Part shown: positions 50,054 to 60,632 of the stretch, piece after piece
Numbering within the stretch: position 1 is the first letter of the stretch
How the letters are laid out: each line of letters opens with the position of its first letter
Assembly: GCA_019057385.1 (NCBI GenBank)
Contig: JAHQJS010000007.1
Span: 288,001 to 352,000, forward strand
Direction of reading: 5' to 3'
DNA from: Candidatus Borrarchaeum weybense
GTDB lineage: Archaea; Asgardarchaeota; Sifarchaeia; Borrarchaeales; Borrarchaeaceae
Length of the DNA stretch: 64,000 nt
Notes under the pieces: model-generated
What the model was told of the DNA's origin: nothing
Database searches by the model: none
The model's input: only the letters and a program-made list of their open reading frames with translations
Position numbers and translations under genes: made by a program

Positions 50054-50531
50054 AAGTCTTCACTTTATCATCTGCTTTATCAATCATTTCTTTTTGTTTA
50101 TTTTGACGTGCTTCAATTTTTTGTGCAAGTTCTTCATCTTCAATAGCTAATATCTTTGTTGCAAGTATTGCTGCTGCTTCTGGTTCTAATACTGTAGCAA
50201 GACCCGAGCCTGAAGGCATTCTTAAGGATGAAAAAATATCTGCACCAGCAAATTTTTCGGAATATGGAGGACAGGCGATTACAGGTCTGTAGGTATTCGC
50301 GTCAACAAAACCGGATAAAGCGTTTGATCTGCCAGCAACGGTGATGTAAACTAAGTCTATTGCTTTCTTATCTTCATTCATTATTTCAATTACTTTTTTT
50401 GGAGTTTTATGGGCGGATGCAATCCTATATTCAAATTTTATTCCGTATAATTCAAGTACTGCTCCAATTTTTTTACAAAACTCGAAATCTTTTTCAGAGC
50501 CCATAATTATTTTAACCAGTTTTTCGTTCAT
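50040..50531 (-). CDS. purE: AIR carboxylase / N5-CAIR mutase
   Basis: IMGSEKD, SAHKTP, AGRSNALSG and SSLRMPSG motifs. Confidence 0.93.
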   Translation of the reverse strand: MNEKLVKIIMGSEKDFEFCKKIGAVLELYGIKFEYRIASAHKTPKKVIEIMNEDKKAIDLVYITVAGRSNALSGFVDANTYRPVIACPPYSEKFAGADIFSSLRMPSGSGLATVLEPEAAAILATKILAIEDEELAQKIEARQNKQKEMIDKADDKVKTYGQR

Positions 50532-50837
50532 CTTTCCACCGCGAAAATTTTGATTGCGTCTATAACTTTCACAATTGTTTCTATTTAAGTATTTACTAAT
50601 GCGTGTTTGACGTGATTCTGTTATGATATGAATAATTTCTTATCCAAAGATAAATGCTCCACGATTCTTCATCTCATTTTTGTCGCCGACATTTTTAATT
50701 TAAGACTTTATTACTTTGCCTCTGTTGTAAAAGATTTAAAGATTTCTTGTTTTAACATAAATATGTTAAATCATATTTATAAGACAGAAGCTATTAACTT
50801 AATCTTGTCAAAGGGGGAGATACGAGAATAGTTAACG

Positions 50838-52325
50838 GTGGATTCAGTGATGGAATCAAAAAAAGAGGCATGTGGAGTTTGTGGTATTTACCTAAACGAC
50901 CCACAAGGTCAAGTATCTTTTCATATATACTGGTGTCTGTTAGCTCTACAGCATAGAGGACATGAATCCGCCGGCATGACTGTCTTTGACAATGGGCTTA
51001 AAACGTATAAGGATATCGGATTTGTTAAAGATATCTTTGACTCCAACACATCTAGTTTTGTTAAAGAAAAGCTCCGAAGACATGAACCCCATGGAAAAAT
51101 CTTAATCGAAGATATACAGGGGCATATTGGCATTGGGCACGTTAGATATGCCACACAGGGTCCCGATGTCTATGAGAACGTGCAACCGCTAGAAATCAAG
51201 TCGAATGGTTTCAAACTAGCGGTTGGCTTTAACGGTACGATTTCAAACTATTCTCACTTAAGAGGACAGTGCAGCAGTCTCTATCACCTAAAAACTACCT
51301 GCGACACCGAAATAATTGGTGAGTTTCTTTCTGAGGGACTCAAAAGAAATAATTTTGAAAAAATAAGTGAACTGGATGGCGCATATTCTGTAGTTGCACT
51401 AACAGATGATCAGAAAATAATATCGTTTAGGGATCCTTTAGGTCTTAGACCACTTAGTTATGGATTCGATGAGGACATGTTTGTTGTTGCTTCTGAAAGC
51501 TGTATATTGAATAAACTTATGGATAAAACTTATGTTTATGATGTCCAGCCTGGCGAAATGATTATTTATGACGGCAATAGGCTCAACAAACAACAATTAC
51601 CTTGTGAACACAAAGCTCATAAACATTGTATGTTTGAATGGGTATATTTCGCTCGACCAGATTCAAAAATTGAAGGAGTAATTGTCTTACAGGCTAGGAA
51701 GAATCTGGGTAAGATGCTAGCGAAAAGTTATGAGATGGATGCAGATATTGTAACACCTTTACCTGACGGAGGACGATTTGCCGCTAAAGGATTTTCAGAA
51801 GAATCAGGCATACCTTACGAAGAAGTGATCGTCAGAGATAGATTTTTCCCACAAAGAAGTTTTATTAAAAAAGGTCAAAAAAATCGAGAGCATATTGCTA
51901 AAGAAAAGATTTCGTTTGTTGATGACTTAATCGCTGGCAAAAAAATAATACTAGTTGACGATTCTATTGTAAGAGGCACTACAACTCAAAACATTGTAAA
52001 GAGGTTGCGAGAGAAAGGTGCACGAGAAGTACATCTTAGGATCTCTTGCCCACCGATAATTGCACCTTGCTTCTTTGGTATTGATTTTCCAACGTTTAGA
52101 GAATTATTTGTTAATAAACTCGGTATTACTCCAGATAATTACGATTTAGAAACAATAAATGAACGAGCACGAGAACACACAGGTGCAGATTCCCTTTATT
52201 ATAATTCAATTGAAAATTTAAAGCGAGCACTTGGCCTAAATGATATTTGTACGTCTTGTTTAGATGGAGTATACCCTTATGATTATTTGCCGTATCAATC
52301 TCTTGAACCATTTCTAAGGATATAA
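50838..52325 (+). CDS. purF: Amidophosphoribosyltransferase
   Basis: EACG, QHRG, GHVRY, CMFEWVYFARPDS and VDDSIVRGTT motifs. Confidence 0.95.
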   Translation: MDSVMESKKEACGVCGIYLNDPQGQVSFHIYWCLLALQHRGHESAGMTVFDNGLKTYKDIGFVKDIFDSNTSSFVKEKLRRHEPHGKILIEDIQGHIGIGHVRYATQGPDVYENVQPLEIKSNGFKLAVGFNGTISNYSHLRGQCSSLYHLKTTCDTEIIGEFLSEGLKRNNFEKISELDGAYSVVALTDDQKIISFRDPLGLRPLSYGFDEDMFVVASESCILNKLMDKTYVYDVQPGEMIIYDGNRLNKQQLPCEHKAHKHCMFEWVYFARPDSKIEGVIVLQARKNLGKMLAKSYEMDADIVTPLPDGGRFAAKGFSEESGIPYEEVIVRDRFFPQRSFIKKGQKNREHIAKEKISFVDDLIAGKKIILVDDSIVRGTTTQNIVKRLREKGAREVHLRISCPPIIAPCFFGIDFPTFRELFVNKLGITPDNYDLETINERAREHTGADSLYYNSIENLKRALGLNDICTSCLDGVYPYDYLPYQSLEPFLRI

Positions 52326-52348
52326 GTGCAATCTGGTGACAAAGAGGT

Positions 52349-53734
52349 ATGGGTAAAGCAGTTTTGGTTATTGATAAAGGCGGAAGAGGTAACGCCATTG
52401 CTTATGCATTTGCAAAAAGTCCTCAAGTTTCCAGAGTTTATGTAACTCCTGGGAATGCAGGAAGTTCTATATTGGAAAAATGTCATCAATTACCTTTATT
52501 CGCCGAATCAGTAGATGAAGAAATTGAGGCAATGAAAAAATACGCATTGGAAAACAATATAGATCTGTCGTTTGTTGGTCCTGAAGGATATTTGTCTGCA
52601 GGAATTGTCGATGTATTTTTGGACGCGGATCTTGATATCGTAGGTCCTTCTCAAATGGCTACAGTACTGGAATCAAGTAAATGTGATACTAAGGACTTTT
52701 TGAAAAAAATTGGTGTTCCTATTCCGGAACATAAGAATTTTGACAATCCAGATGAAGCAAAAGAGTATGTAAAAGACTTCTACTCTGACAACCCTAACGA
52801 AAATCTTGTTGTAAAAGCAGATGGGCTTGCTGCAGGAAAAGGGTCAATTCCTTGCGATTCAAAAGCAGATACATTGAGTACAGTTGACGAACTTATGATC
52901 CTTAAAAAATTCGGTGATGCCGGAATCCGAGTTGATTTAGAGAGAAGATTGTACGGCGAAGAATTGATGTTTTTTGTATTTACAGACGGTAAAACTGTGA
53001 AGGCTTTAGAAGGTGCACAAGACTATAAACGCGCTTTTGATGATAATGATAAAGTAAATCCAAGATCTTTTGATGGGAAAAATCCTAATACAGGCGGTAT
53101 GGGAGGTTATTCACCTCATCCATGGTTAGATGAAGAACTAACCGAGAAGGTTATGAAACAGATAGCACTCCCTACTATAACAAGAATTCAAGATTATGAG
53201 AGTACACAATTTGGTAAATTGAATGGAGTTGAGTACAAAGGAATTATCTACTTTGGTCTAATGATTTGCAAAGAGGGAGACCAAAAAAATCCTTATGTAC
53301 TTGAGATTAATGTTAGAATGGGTGACCCAGAAGCACAAGTTATACTGCCACGGTTAAAAACAGATTTTTATGATATTTCTAGAGCAATTGTGGATGGTAA
53401 ATTGAACGAGATACATTTTGAGTGGGATCCTACATACCAGTTATGTGCATGTGCTGTAAGTGGAAGAATAGGTCGATATGAGGGTTATCCAGGAAAACAT
53501 CATACAAACCAAGAGATCCATGGTTTAGATGAAGTCGACAACAATTGTTTAGTTTTTCACAATGGTACTGCTTTTGATGAAGATGGGCAGATTTATACTA
53601 CTGGGGGTAGAGTTCTCACGGTCGTAGGCACAGGAAACAACTTAGAAGAAGCTAGGATACACACTTATGATAACCTAAAGAAAATTCGTTTTAGAGGAAT
53701 GCGCTATAGAAGAGACATTGGAAAAATCCTATAG
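52349..53734 (+). CDS. purD: Phosphoribosylamine-glycine ligase
   Basis: PGNAG, VKADGLAAGKG, PNTGGMG, EINVRMGDPE and GGRVL motifs. Confidence 0.95.
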   Translation: MGKAVLVIDKGGRGNAIAYAFAKSPQVSRVYVTPGNAGSSILEKCHQLPLFAESVDEEIEAMKKYALENNIDLSFVGPEGYLSAGIVDVFLDADLDIVGPSQMATVLESSKCDTKDFLKKIGVPIPEHKNFDNPDEAKEYVKDFYSDNPNENLVVKADGLAAGKGSIPCDSKADTLSTVDELMILKKFGDAGIRVDLERRLYGEELMFFVFTDGKTVKALEGAQDYKRAFDDNDKVNPRSFDGKNPNTGGMGGYSPHPWLDEELTEKVMKQIALPTITRIQDYESTQFGKLNGVEYKGIIYFGLMICKEGDQKNPYVLEINVRMGDPEAQVILPRLKTDFYDISRAIVDGKLNEIHFEWDPTYQLCACAVSGRIGRYEGYPGKHHTNQEIHGLDEVDNNCLVFHNGTAFDEDGQIYTTGGRVLTVVGTGNNLEEARIHTYDNLKKIRFRGMRYRRDIGKIL

Positions 53735-53781
53735 CAAGAAGCACTTAAATTAGTCTATCGAAGAATGGGACATGAAATAAG

Positions 53782-54888
53782 TTGATGAGAGAATTTATAG
53801 ACGAAAAAAAATATTTTTCTGATGTAGAAGGCCCATATTCGTTGAATGATAATGCCCTTGAAGTTGCAAGTTTGCTCATACGACCACATGGGCATGAACT
53901 CTTCAAGCAACTGAGTATATATGATGATTATCTTGTTGATTTAGAAAAAAAACCAAATTATAATTCAGGATGTACACTAGGACTTCTGTTACCTTTTTTT
54001 AAAGTATTTGGGGCAACAAACAACCTGTTGGAGTCAATTTCTTCAAAAAATGTTAATTTAATGACGGGGACAAGGAGTACTTTACAATTTCTAAGAGAAA
54101 AAATGGAATGCTACTTGATAAGTACCAGCTATGAACAGCATATCCATGCATTCTGTAAGGCTACGGATTTTCCTTTCGAAAATACAGTATGCACTAAATT
54201 AGACTTAGATAACGAAAAATTTAAACTTAATGGAAGGGAAAGTGACTGGCTTAAGAAACGGGCAGAAGAAATAGTATCGCTCCCTAAAATTAAGATTCCT
54301 ATAAATACTAAGAGTCGTGATGAGTTACCTGAGGATGTTTTAAGTTCCATTGAAAGATTAGACCAGATTTTCCTTGAAATGGAAAATGAATATTCGACTT
54401 CCTTTGAACTATTAAAAAGCGTAAATACTATTGGTGGATCGAAAAAGGAACAGGCATTACTCGAAAGAGCATCAGATGTTAGTAAAACTGTATACACAGG
54501 TGACAGTATTACAGACAGAGAAGCTCTTGGTCGAGTTAGAAAGGAAGGCGGATTGGCCGTTTCTGTAAATGGAGATATGTATGCAGTGAAAGAAGCTGAA
54601 ATAGGATGTATTATAGATAATACAATTTTAACATCTATTGTAGTAGATGCATTTTTTAACTCTGGGAAAGAAGGATTGCAAGATCTTGTTCATAATTGGA
54701 GTTATCATGGATTAAAAAAGGCAAAGGAAGATTTTCTAGTTACTCCAGAACTTATTAACCAGCTGATTAGTTTGTATCCGAAAAAACTTCCAGAAGTAGT
54801 CATTCTGACAGATGAGAACAAAGAAGAATTTGCAAAAAGAAGTTCTAATTTTGGAAAAAAATTGAGGGAAGGAAAGGCTCATGGATAA
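53782..54888 (+). CDS. HAD-like protein of the 'energy-converting hydrogenase A subunit R' (EhaR) family
   Basis: SDVEGPYSLNDNA, YDDYL, ISTSYEQ, GGSKK, GDSITD and SVNG motifs. Confidence 0.8.
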   Translation: MMREFIDEKKYFSDVEGPYSLNDNALEVASLLIRPHGHELFKQLSIYDDYLVDLEKKPNYNSGCTLGLLLPFFKVFGATNNLLESISSKNVNLMTGTRSTLQFLREKMECYLISTSYEQHIHAFCKATDFPFENTVCTKLDLDNEKFKLNGRESDWLKKRAEEIVSLPKIKIPINTKSRDELPEDVLSSIERLDQIFLEMENEYSTSFELLKSVNTIGGSKKEQALLERASDVSKTVYTGDSITDREALGRVRKEGGLAVSVNGDMYAVKEAEIGCIIDNTILTSIVVDAFFNSGKEGLQDLVHNWSYHGLKKAKEDFLVTPELINQLISLYPKKLPEVVILTDENKEEFAKRSSNFGKKLREGKAHG

Positions 54889-55840
54889 AAATAAAATAGA
54901 TTCTACTTATTGTGAGGCTTTTTATGGTTTGTATGTGAGAGTATTGGTTACTGCTGAGCGAGGGATTTATCCAGGAGATAGAATAGATCCGTATATAGAA
55001 AACGATGAACTGAGGTTTGCTGCTTACAGATCTACTTCAACACCAGCGACGGTAGTAGGTAGAACAGAAGCCGGAATTGAAGCTTGGGTACCGAAAACAC
55101 AGACTCCAGATGGCCGTGAGGGTGCCATTCTGCAATTTTGGATCATGTTAAATGAAAACAAACCATTAGAAAGTCAGATTGAAAAACTTTATCGCGAGTT
55201 TTCAATCCCAGTTCGCCAAGACATTCTTTCTTGCTATACAACGAGTTTATATGATTGGTTAAAACCTAGTGAAGGGATTGAAATTGTTGGAACAATAGAT
55301 ACAAGAAGATACATTGGTGATTGTGGGGGAGGCTATGAACGAGTTAATACTAAAACAATCGAAGTTCCTTTAATGGGAGGCCAAGATTTTTTTGTTGATA
55401 AGAAACTAAATGTAGGAAAGGGAGTATCGGGAGCAAACCTGTGGTTCTTCTGTGATTCAGTACTTTCTGGCAGAAAGGCTGGACGTGAAGCGGTAAAAGC
55501 CATCAGCGATGTTGAAGGTGTTATTACATCGTTCTATACTTGTCCATCTGGTTCAATGGTTGCAAACTACAAAGAGATTGGTCCGCCTACTAACTACAGA
55601 TTCTCTCCTACGTTGAAGAACGAAATTAAAGATTCTTTAGTTCCTGAAGGAATTGGAGCAATTCCAGAAATTGTAATCGATGGTATTTCAGTACAAGCTG
55701 TCCGGAATGCCATGAAAGTAGGTATTGAAAGCGTTGTTGACATGGAGGGTGTAAAAAGAATTTCTGCAGGGAATTATCAAGGGAAACTTGGACAAGTTAA
55801 ACTTGAACTAAGAGAAATAGTGCCAAATTTGTTTGAATAA
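54881..55840 (+). CDS. Formylmethanofuran:H4MPT formyltransferase-like protein (Ftr paralog, EhaS-like)
   Basis: DSTYCEAF, EAGIE..TPDGREGA, GVSGANL, EIVIDG and ISAGNYQGKLG motifs. Confidence 0.88.
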   Translation: MDKNKIDSTYCEAFYGLYVRVLVTAERGIYPGDRIDPYIENDELRFAAYRSTSTPATVVGRTEAGIEAWVPKTQTPDGREGAILQFWIMLNENKPLESQIEKLYREFSIPVRQDILSCYTTSLYDWLKPSEGIEIVGTIDTRRYIGDCGGGYERVNTKTIEVPLMGGQDFFVDKKLNVGKGVSGANLWFFCDSVLSGRKAGREAVKAISDVEGVITSFYTCPSGSMVANYKEIGPPTNYRFSPTLKNEIKDSLVPEGIGAIPEIVIDGISVQAVRNAMKVGIESVVDMEGVKRISAGNYQGKLGQVKLELREIVPNLFE

Positions 55841-56782
55841 GTGGTTTTGATGAGTTTTAGCGTTGTTGGATTCGCGGCAATCAATGAAGACAGGATAAGA
55901 TATGTTGATTATGAGGTAAAAGAGTCTGAAGTTTTATCTCGTGAATCTCCAGGAGAGTTGGAAAATGATGAAAAAGCTTTTCTTGGTGGTTCAGTAGTGA
56001 ATACACTTGTCGGTTTAGCAAAATTTGGATTTTCAGTAGCGGCTCTTGGAAAACTTGGAAACGATGAAACTGGAAATAGAGGCGAAAACAAATTAAAAAA
56101 CTACGGGATTGAATTCTTTGGCACCAGAGATTTACAATTCAATTCAAGTGTTGCTAGAATAGAAGTCGGTAGTAATAAACAAAGGAAAATAACAATTTAT
56201 CCGGGTTCTAATGATAGAATTGAGTGGGATGATGTAAATCTATACTTAGATTTAATAAGGAGTTCAAATCTCTTTCACTCATCTACGTTCGCTTGTGCGT
56301 ATAGCATGTCTTCATTAAAAACCCAGATCAAACTTGCTGAAGAATCAAATAAAATGAGTCTTAGTTTCGGTATGCTTTATTGTGATCTTTTCGAAAAGGA
56401 ACCATTATTAATAAAAAATCTATTGAAAGCTACTGATATTTTGATACTAAATGAAGAAGAAATTGAAAGGCTTGCAAACGAGAACTATGAAGAAGCAGCA
56501 AGGAGTTTGATTAGAAAATTCAAAATAGAAGTGATTGCGGTTACGTTAGGTGATAAAGGTTCGTATGTTGTTGGGAGAACAGAAGAACATTTCATTGAAT
56601 CTAGACCAGTAAACGTTATAGATACTACTGGTGCAGGTGATGCTTATTCTGCAGGATTTTTAGCTGCTTATTTGCGAGGAAAAAAATTAAGTATCTGCGG
56701 AATGTGGGGGAACAGAAACGCTGAAAGCTGTATAGGGACAAAAGGCGCAGTTGATTATCAAAAACCTGAAAAATTGAGTTAA
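55841..56782 (+). CDS. PfkB/ribokinase-family carbohydrate kinase (EhaT-like)
   Basis: GGSVVN, GKLGNDETG, LNEEE, VTLGDKG and DTTGAGDAYSAGF motifs. Confidence 0.92.
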   Translation: MVLMSFSVVGFAAINEDRIRYVDYEVKESEVLSRESPGELENDEKAFLGGSVVNTLVGLAKFGFSVAALGKLGNDETGNRGENKLKNYGIEFFGTRDLQFNSSVARIEVGSNKQRKITIYPGSNDRIEWDDVNLYLDLIRSSNLFHSSTFACAYSMSSLKTQIKLAEESNKMSLSFGMLYCDLFEKEPLLIKNLLKATDILILNEEEIERLANENYEEAARSLIRKFKIEVIAVTLGDKGSYVVGRTEEHFIESRPVNVIDTTGAGDAYSAGFLAAYLRGKKLSICGMWGNRNAESCIGTKGAVDYQKPEKLS

Positions 56783-56794
56783 TGTGGTTGTTTA

Positions 56795-59700
56795 ATGATT
56801 CACAGAATAAAAATTGGCTCCAAACTAGACGAAAAAGACGTTTTAGGAGAAAGTATAAAGAAAGAAATTGAAAGGTTCTTTCATTTAAAAATTGATTCTA
56901 TTTTAACCCGAAAGGTCTATTCAATAGATGCTAGCTTATCTGAGAAAGAATTGAATTTAATAAAACGAGATCTTCTTATAGATGCGATAACAGAATATTT
57001 ATGCGAAGAAGATATTTTTGATTGGTTAATTGAAGTAGGATATAAACCAGGAGTAACCGATAATGTTGCCAATACTTCAAAAAACATAGCAATCCCTGCG
57101 ATACTAAATAGACAACTCAAAGACGATGAACATGTTTGGACATCTACCCAATATCTAATTAATAGTAAAGAACTATCAGAGAACGATGTTAAAATTATCG
57201 GAACGAAACTCCTCGCGAACCCGATTATAGAAGACATAAAAATAGCAAGTTATGACGAAATAAAAAAGAAGAGCATTGAGTTTACAATTCCTAAAATTGA
57301 AGGAAAACAAGATATTAACATAAATGCATATAATTTAAATGTTAGTGACGAAAAACTCATTCAAATCAGTAATAAAGGCGTTCTTGCTTTAAGTTTAGAA
57401 GAAATGAAGACCATAAAAGATTACTTTAATAATGAAAATGTAATCACGGAAAGAAAAAAGATAGGAATGGATGAAGTATTTTATGGCAAACCTACGGATG
57501 CTGAATTGGAATGCTTGGCTCAAACATGGTCCGAACACTGCAAGCATAAAATATTCAACGCAATTATTCGATATAGTGACCTAGAAACTGGGACAACTGA
57601 AACCATCAATAGTCTCTTTGACACCTATATAAAGAACCCAAGTAATACAATTGGCGATAAATGGGGATGGGTAGCGTCTTCCTTTCATGATAATGCAGGT
57701 GCGGTTAAGTTTAATAACAGATTGTTGGTCGTAGATAAAATTGAAACACATAATTCCCCTTCAGCATTAGAACCTTATGGTGGCGCTATTACAGGAATAG
57801 TTGGAGTAAATAGAGACCCGCTAGGAACTGGAAAAGGCGCTAAATTAATGTTTAATGTATTCGGCTACTGTTTTGGAAGTCCATACACTGAAAAAGTGCC
57901 AGCAGGCGTCTTACATCCAAAAAGAATCAGAGATGGTGTCCATAAAGGGGTAATCGACGGTGGAAATCAAAGTGGCATTCCTTTAGTAAGTGGCTGGGAG
58001 TTTTTTGATAAGAGATACATGTTTAGACCAATCGTCTATTGTGGTACAATTGGTATCATGCCAGTTGAGATCAATGGTGAAGCGTCCCATCTGAAGAAAG
58101 CCGATCATGGTGATTTGATAATTATGGTTGGAGGGCGAGTAGGAAAGGATGGAATACATGGTGCGACATTTTCTTCAGCAGAACTTGATAAAGAATCTCC
58201 TGTTCAAGCTGTTCAAATCGGTGACCCAATTACACAGAAAAAAATGAGTGATTTCATATTAGAAGCCCGAGATTTAGGATTATACAAATGCATAACAGAT
58301 AACGGTGCGGGTGGTTTATCTTCTTCTATTGGGGAGATGGCTAGATATTGTAACGGATGTAAATTTGACTTAGAGAAGGTTCCATTGAAATATCAAGGGT
58401 TAGACCCTTGGGAAATACTAGTATCAGAATCACAAGAAAGAATGACATTAGCAGTTGAACCTGATAAAATCGAGCAATTTCTGGAACTAACTAAAAAAAG
58501 AAGTGTAGAATCTACAGTTCTTGGATTTTTTGAAAATTCTGGAAAATTTCATGTAACTTTTGGGAATAAGACAGTTGCTTATCTTGATATGAAATTTTTA
58601 CATGACGGTTTACCAAAAATGGAACTAGAAGCACTATGGAAAAGACCAATATTTGAAGAGCCTGAGTTTGAACAACCTCCTAATTTGAACGAGACGTTAG
58701 AAGAGATGTTGAAACGTTTGAACATATGTTCTAAGGAAGAAAAAATTAGACAATATGATCATGAAGTTAAGGGACTTAGCGTTATCAAGTTATTAGTGGG
58801 GGAGCAATGTGATGTACCCAGTGACGCAACAGTCTCCTTTCTTGAATATGGTAGTATGGAGGGCCTAGCAGTAGCTGAAGGGAAGAACCCCCATTATTCT
58901 GAGCTTGATACGTATCATATGACTGCATCAATTATAGATGAGGCAGTTAGAAGAATTATCGCGGTTGGGGGAAAATTACCTAGCAAAGATACTGTGTTTT
59001 ATGGTTTAGATAATTTCTGTTGGAATATCTCCACTCTAAATTCTGAGGACGGTATATATAAACTCGCTCAATTAGTTCGGGCAAATCAATCCTTAGCTGA
59101 TTTTTGTAAAGCGTTTAAAATTCCTTGTATTTCTGGAAAAGATAGCATGAAAAACGTTTGGAAACTAAGGGAGATAGATAATGGAACAGAAGTAGAAAGA
59201 ATAATTTCGATTCCACCTACACTAATGTTCTCTGCAAGAGCCAAAATAAATGACATTAGCAAAACTGTAACAATGGATGTAAAGAAACCAGATGATTTAG
59301 TGTATGTTGTGGGTTTAACTCTTGATGAGTTAGGTGGCTCTGAATATTATTCTTACATGGGCGAAAAACTTCGAGGTAAAAGATACTTAGGAAATAATGT
59401 TCCTAAAGTTGACGCTATACGTGCAAAAAAGATCTATCAAAGTATTAGTGATGCAACTGAACTAGAGCTTCTAAATTCTGTACATACTCCAACGATAGGA
59501 GGTTTGGGTATAGCACTAGCAAAAACCGCTTTTGCAGGTGGCTATGGAATGGACATCGAATTAACGAAAGTTCCTTATGAAGGGAAGATAAGAGATGATT
59601 TCATATTATATTCACAATCGAATAGTAGATTCATCATAACTGTTTCAACTGAAAAAAAGGAACAATTTGAAAGAATAATGGGAGATAATATTTATTCACA

Positions 59701-59818
59701 GATAGGAATTGTTACTCAAGATAAAAGATTGAAGGTTAAAGGATTAAATGGAAAGTATGTAATCGATTCAGATTTAGACAATTTAAAGAAAGCATGGAAA
59801 AGCACTTTAGGTCGTTAA
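56795..59818 (+). CDS. purL: FGAM synthase PurL with N-terminal PurS-like extension
   Basis: QTWSEHCKHK, ETHNSPS, DNGAGGLSS, SESQERM and SGKDSM motifs; 1007 aa. Confidence 0.95.
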   Translation: MIHRIKIGSKLDEKDVLGESIKKEIERFFHLKIDSILTRKVYSIDASLSEKELNLIKRDLLIDAITEYLCEEDIFDWLIEVGYKPGVTDNVANTSKNIAIPAILNRQLKDDEHVWTSTQYLINSKELSENDVKIIGTKLLANPIIEDIKIASYDEIKKKSIEFTIPKIEGKQDININAYNLNVSDEKLIQISNKGVLALSLEEMKTIKDYFNNENVITERKKIGMDEVFYGKPTDAELECLAQTWSEHCKHKIFNAIIRYSDLETGTTETINSLFDTYIKNPSNTIGDKWGWVASSFHDNAGAVKFNNRLLVVDKIETHNSPSALEPYGGAITGIVGVNRDPLGTGKGAKLMFNVFGYCFGSPYTEKVPAGVLHPKRIRDGVHKGVIDGGNQSGIPLVSGWEFFDKRYMFRPIVYCGTIGIMPVEINGEASHLKKADHGDLIIMVGGRVGKDGIHGATFSSAELDKESPVQAVQIGDPITQKKMSDFILEARDLGLYKCITDNGAGGLSSSIGEMARYCNGCKFDLEKVPLKYQGLDPWEILVSESQERMTLAVEPDKIEQFLELTKKRSVESTVLGFFENSGKFHVTFGNKTVAYLDMKFLHDGLPKMELEALWKRPIFEEPEFEQPPNLNETLEEMLKRLNICSKEEKIRQYDHEVKGLSVIKLLVGEQCDVPSDATVSFLEYGSMEGLAVAEGKNPHYSELDTYHMTASIIDEAVRRIIAVGGKLPSKDTVFYGLDNFCWNISTLNSEDGIYKLAQLVRANQSLADFCKAFKIPCISGKDSMKNVWKLREIDNGTEVERIISIPPTLMFSARAKINDISKTVTMDVKKPDDLVYVVGLTLDELGGSEYYSYMGEKLRGKRYLGNNVPKVDAIRAKKIYQSISDATELELLNSVHTPTIGGLGIALAKTAFAGGYGMDIELTKVPYEGKIRDDFILYSQSNSRFIITVSTEKKEQFERIMGDNIYSQIGIVTQDKRLKVKGLNGKYVIDSDLDNLKKAWKSTLGR

Positions 59819-59819
59819 A

Positions 59820-60623
59820 ATGAAACCAAGAGTTTTAGTTCCAGTTGGATATGGATTAAACTGTGAAGAAGAAACAGTTTACATATACAGATTACTGGGT
59901 GCAGAAGTAGATAAAGTTCACATCAACGACTTAATAAATAAACCGAAAATGCTAAGAGAATATCATGTAATTGATCTTATCGGTGGTTTTGTAGATGGAG
60001 ATCATATTACTGCTGGAATAATACACGCAAATAGATTAAGATATAATCTAGAAGAGGAACTTCAAGAGTTCATTCAATCAGGTAAACTTTTAATTGGGGT
60101 ATGTAACGGCTTTCAGACGTTGGTAAAAGCCGGACTCTTACCCGGATTTGATGATGATTATAAAACTCAAAGAGTTACGCTAATTTACAATGATTCCGGA
60201 AAATTTGAAGACAGATGGGTTCATCTTAGTGTAAATAAAGATTCAAATTGCATTTGGACAGAAGGTATAGAAAACCTCTACCTTCCAGTTCGACATGGTG
60301 AAGGAAAGATCAGAACCGATCCATCTGTTTTAGATGAATTAAATAGGGGTGACCAAATAGTCTTATTTTATACGGATCCAATTGATGGAAAACCAACTAT
60401 GGAATATCCCTATAATCCAAATGGCTCTAATATGGCTATTGCTGGGATTTGTGATCCAACAGGAAGAATTTTTGGGTTAATGCCACATAGAGAAGCATTT
60501 TGGTCACCTTATAATCATCCTAAATGGCATAGATTGAAACTTGACGGGAAATTACCTAGCGAAGGACCAGGTATACAAATATCAAGAAATGGAATTGAAT
60601 ACGTAAGAGAGCATTTAATTTAG
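59820..60623 (+). CDS. purQ: FGAM synthase glutaminase subunit
   Basis: GVCNGFQ, HGEG, YNPNGS and GLMPHRE motifs. Confidence 0.95.
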   Translation: MKPRVLVPVGYGLNCEEETVYIYRLLGAEVDKVHINDLINKPKMLREYHVIDLIGGFVDGDHITAGIIHANRLRYNLEEELQEFIQSGKLLIGVCNGFQTLVKAGLLPGFDDDYKTQRVTLIYNDSGKFEDRWVHLSVNKDSNCIWTEGIENLYLPVRHGEGKIRTDPSVLDELNRGDQIVLFYTDPIDGKPTMEYPYNPNGSNMAIAGICDPTGRIFGLMPHREAFWSPYNHPKWHRLKLDGKLPSEGPGIQISRNGIEYVREHLI

Positions 60624-60632
60624 TTAGATGGG

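Noticed and set aside
51040-51115. Extra ~15 aa in PurF considered as an in-frame intron
   Set aside because: No BHB or strong stem visible
53034-53075. 33-nt insertion-like segment in purD bounded by CTTTTGATG repeats, considered as a second intron
   Set aside because: In frame with no stop; the registers checked gave no 4-bp BHB central helix, so it is probably a protein loop
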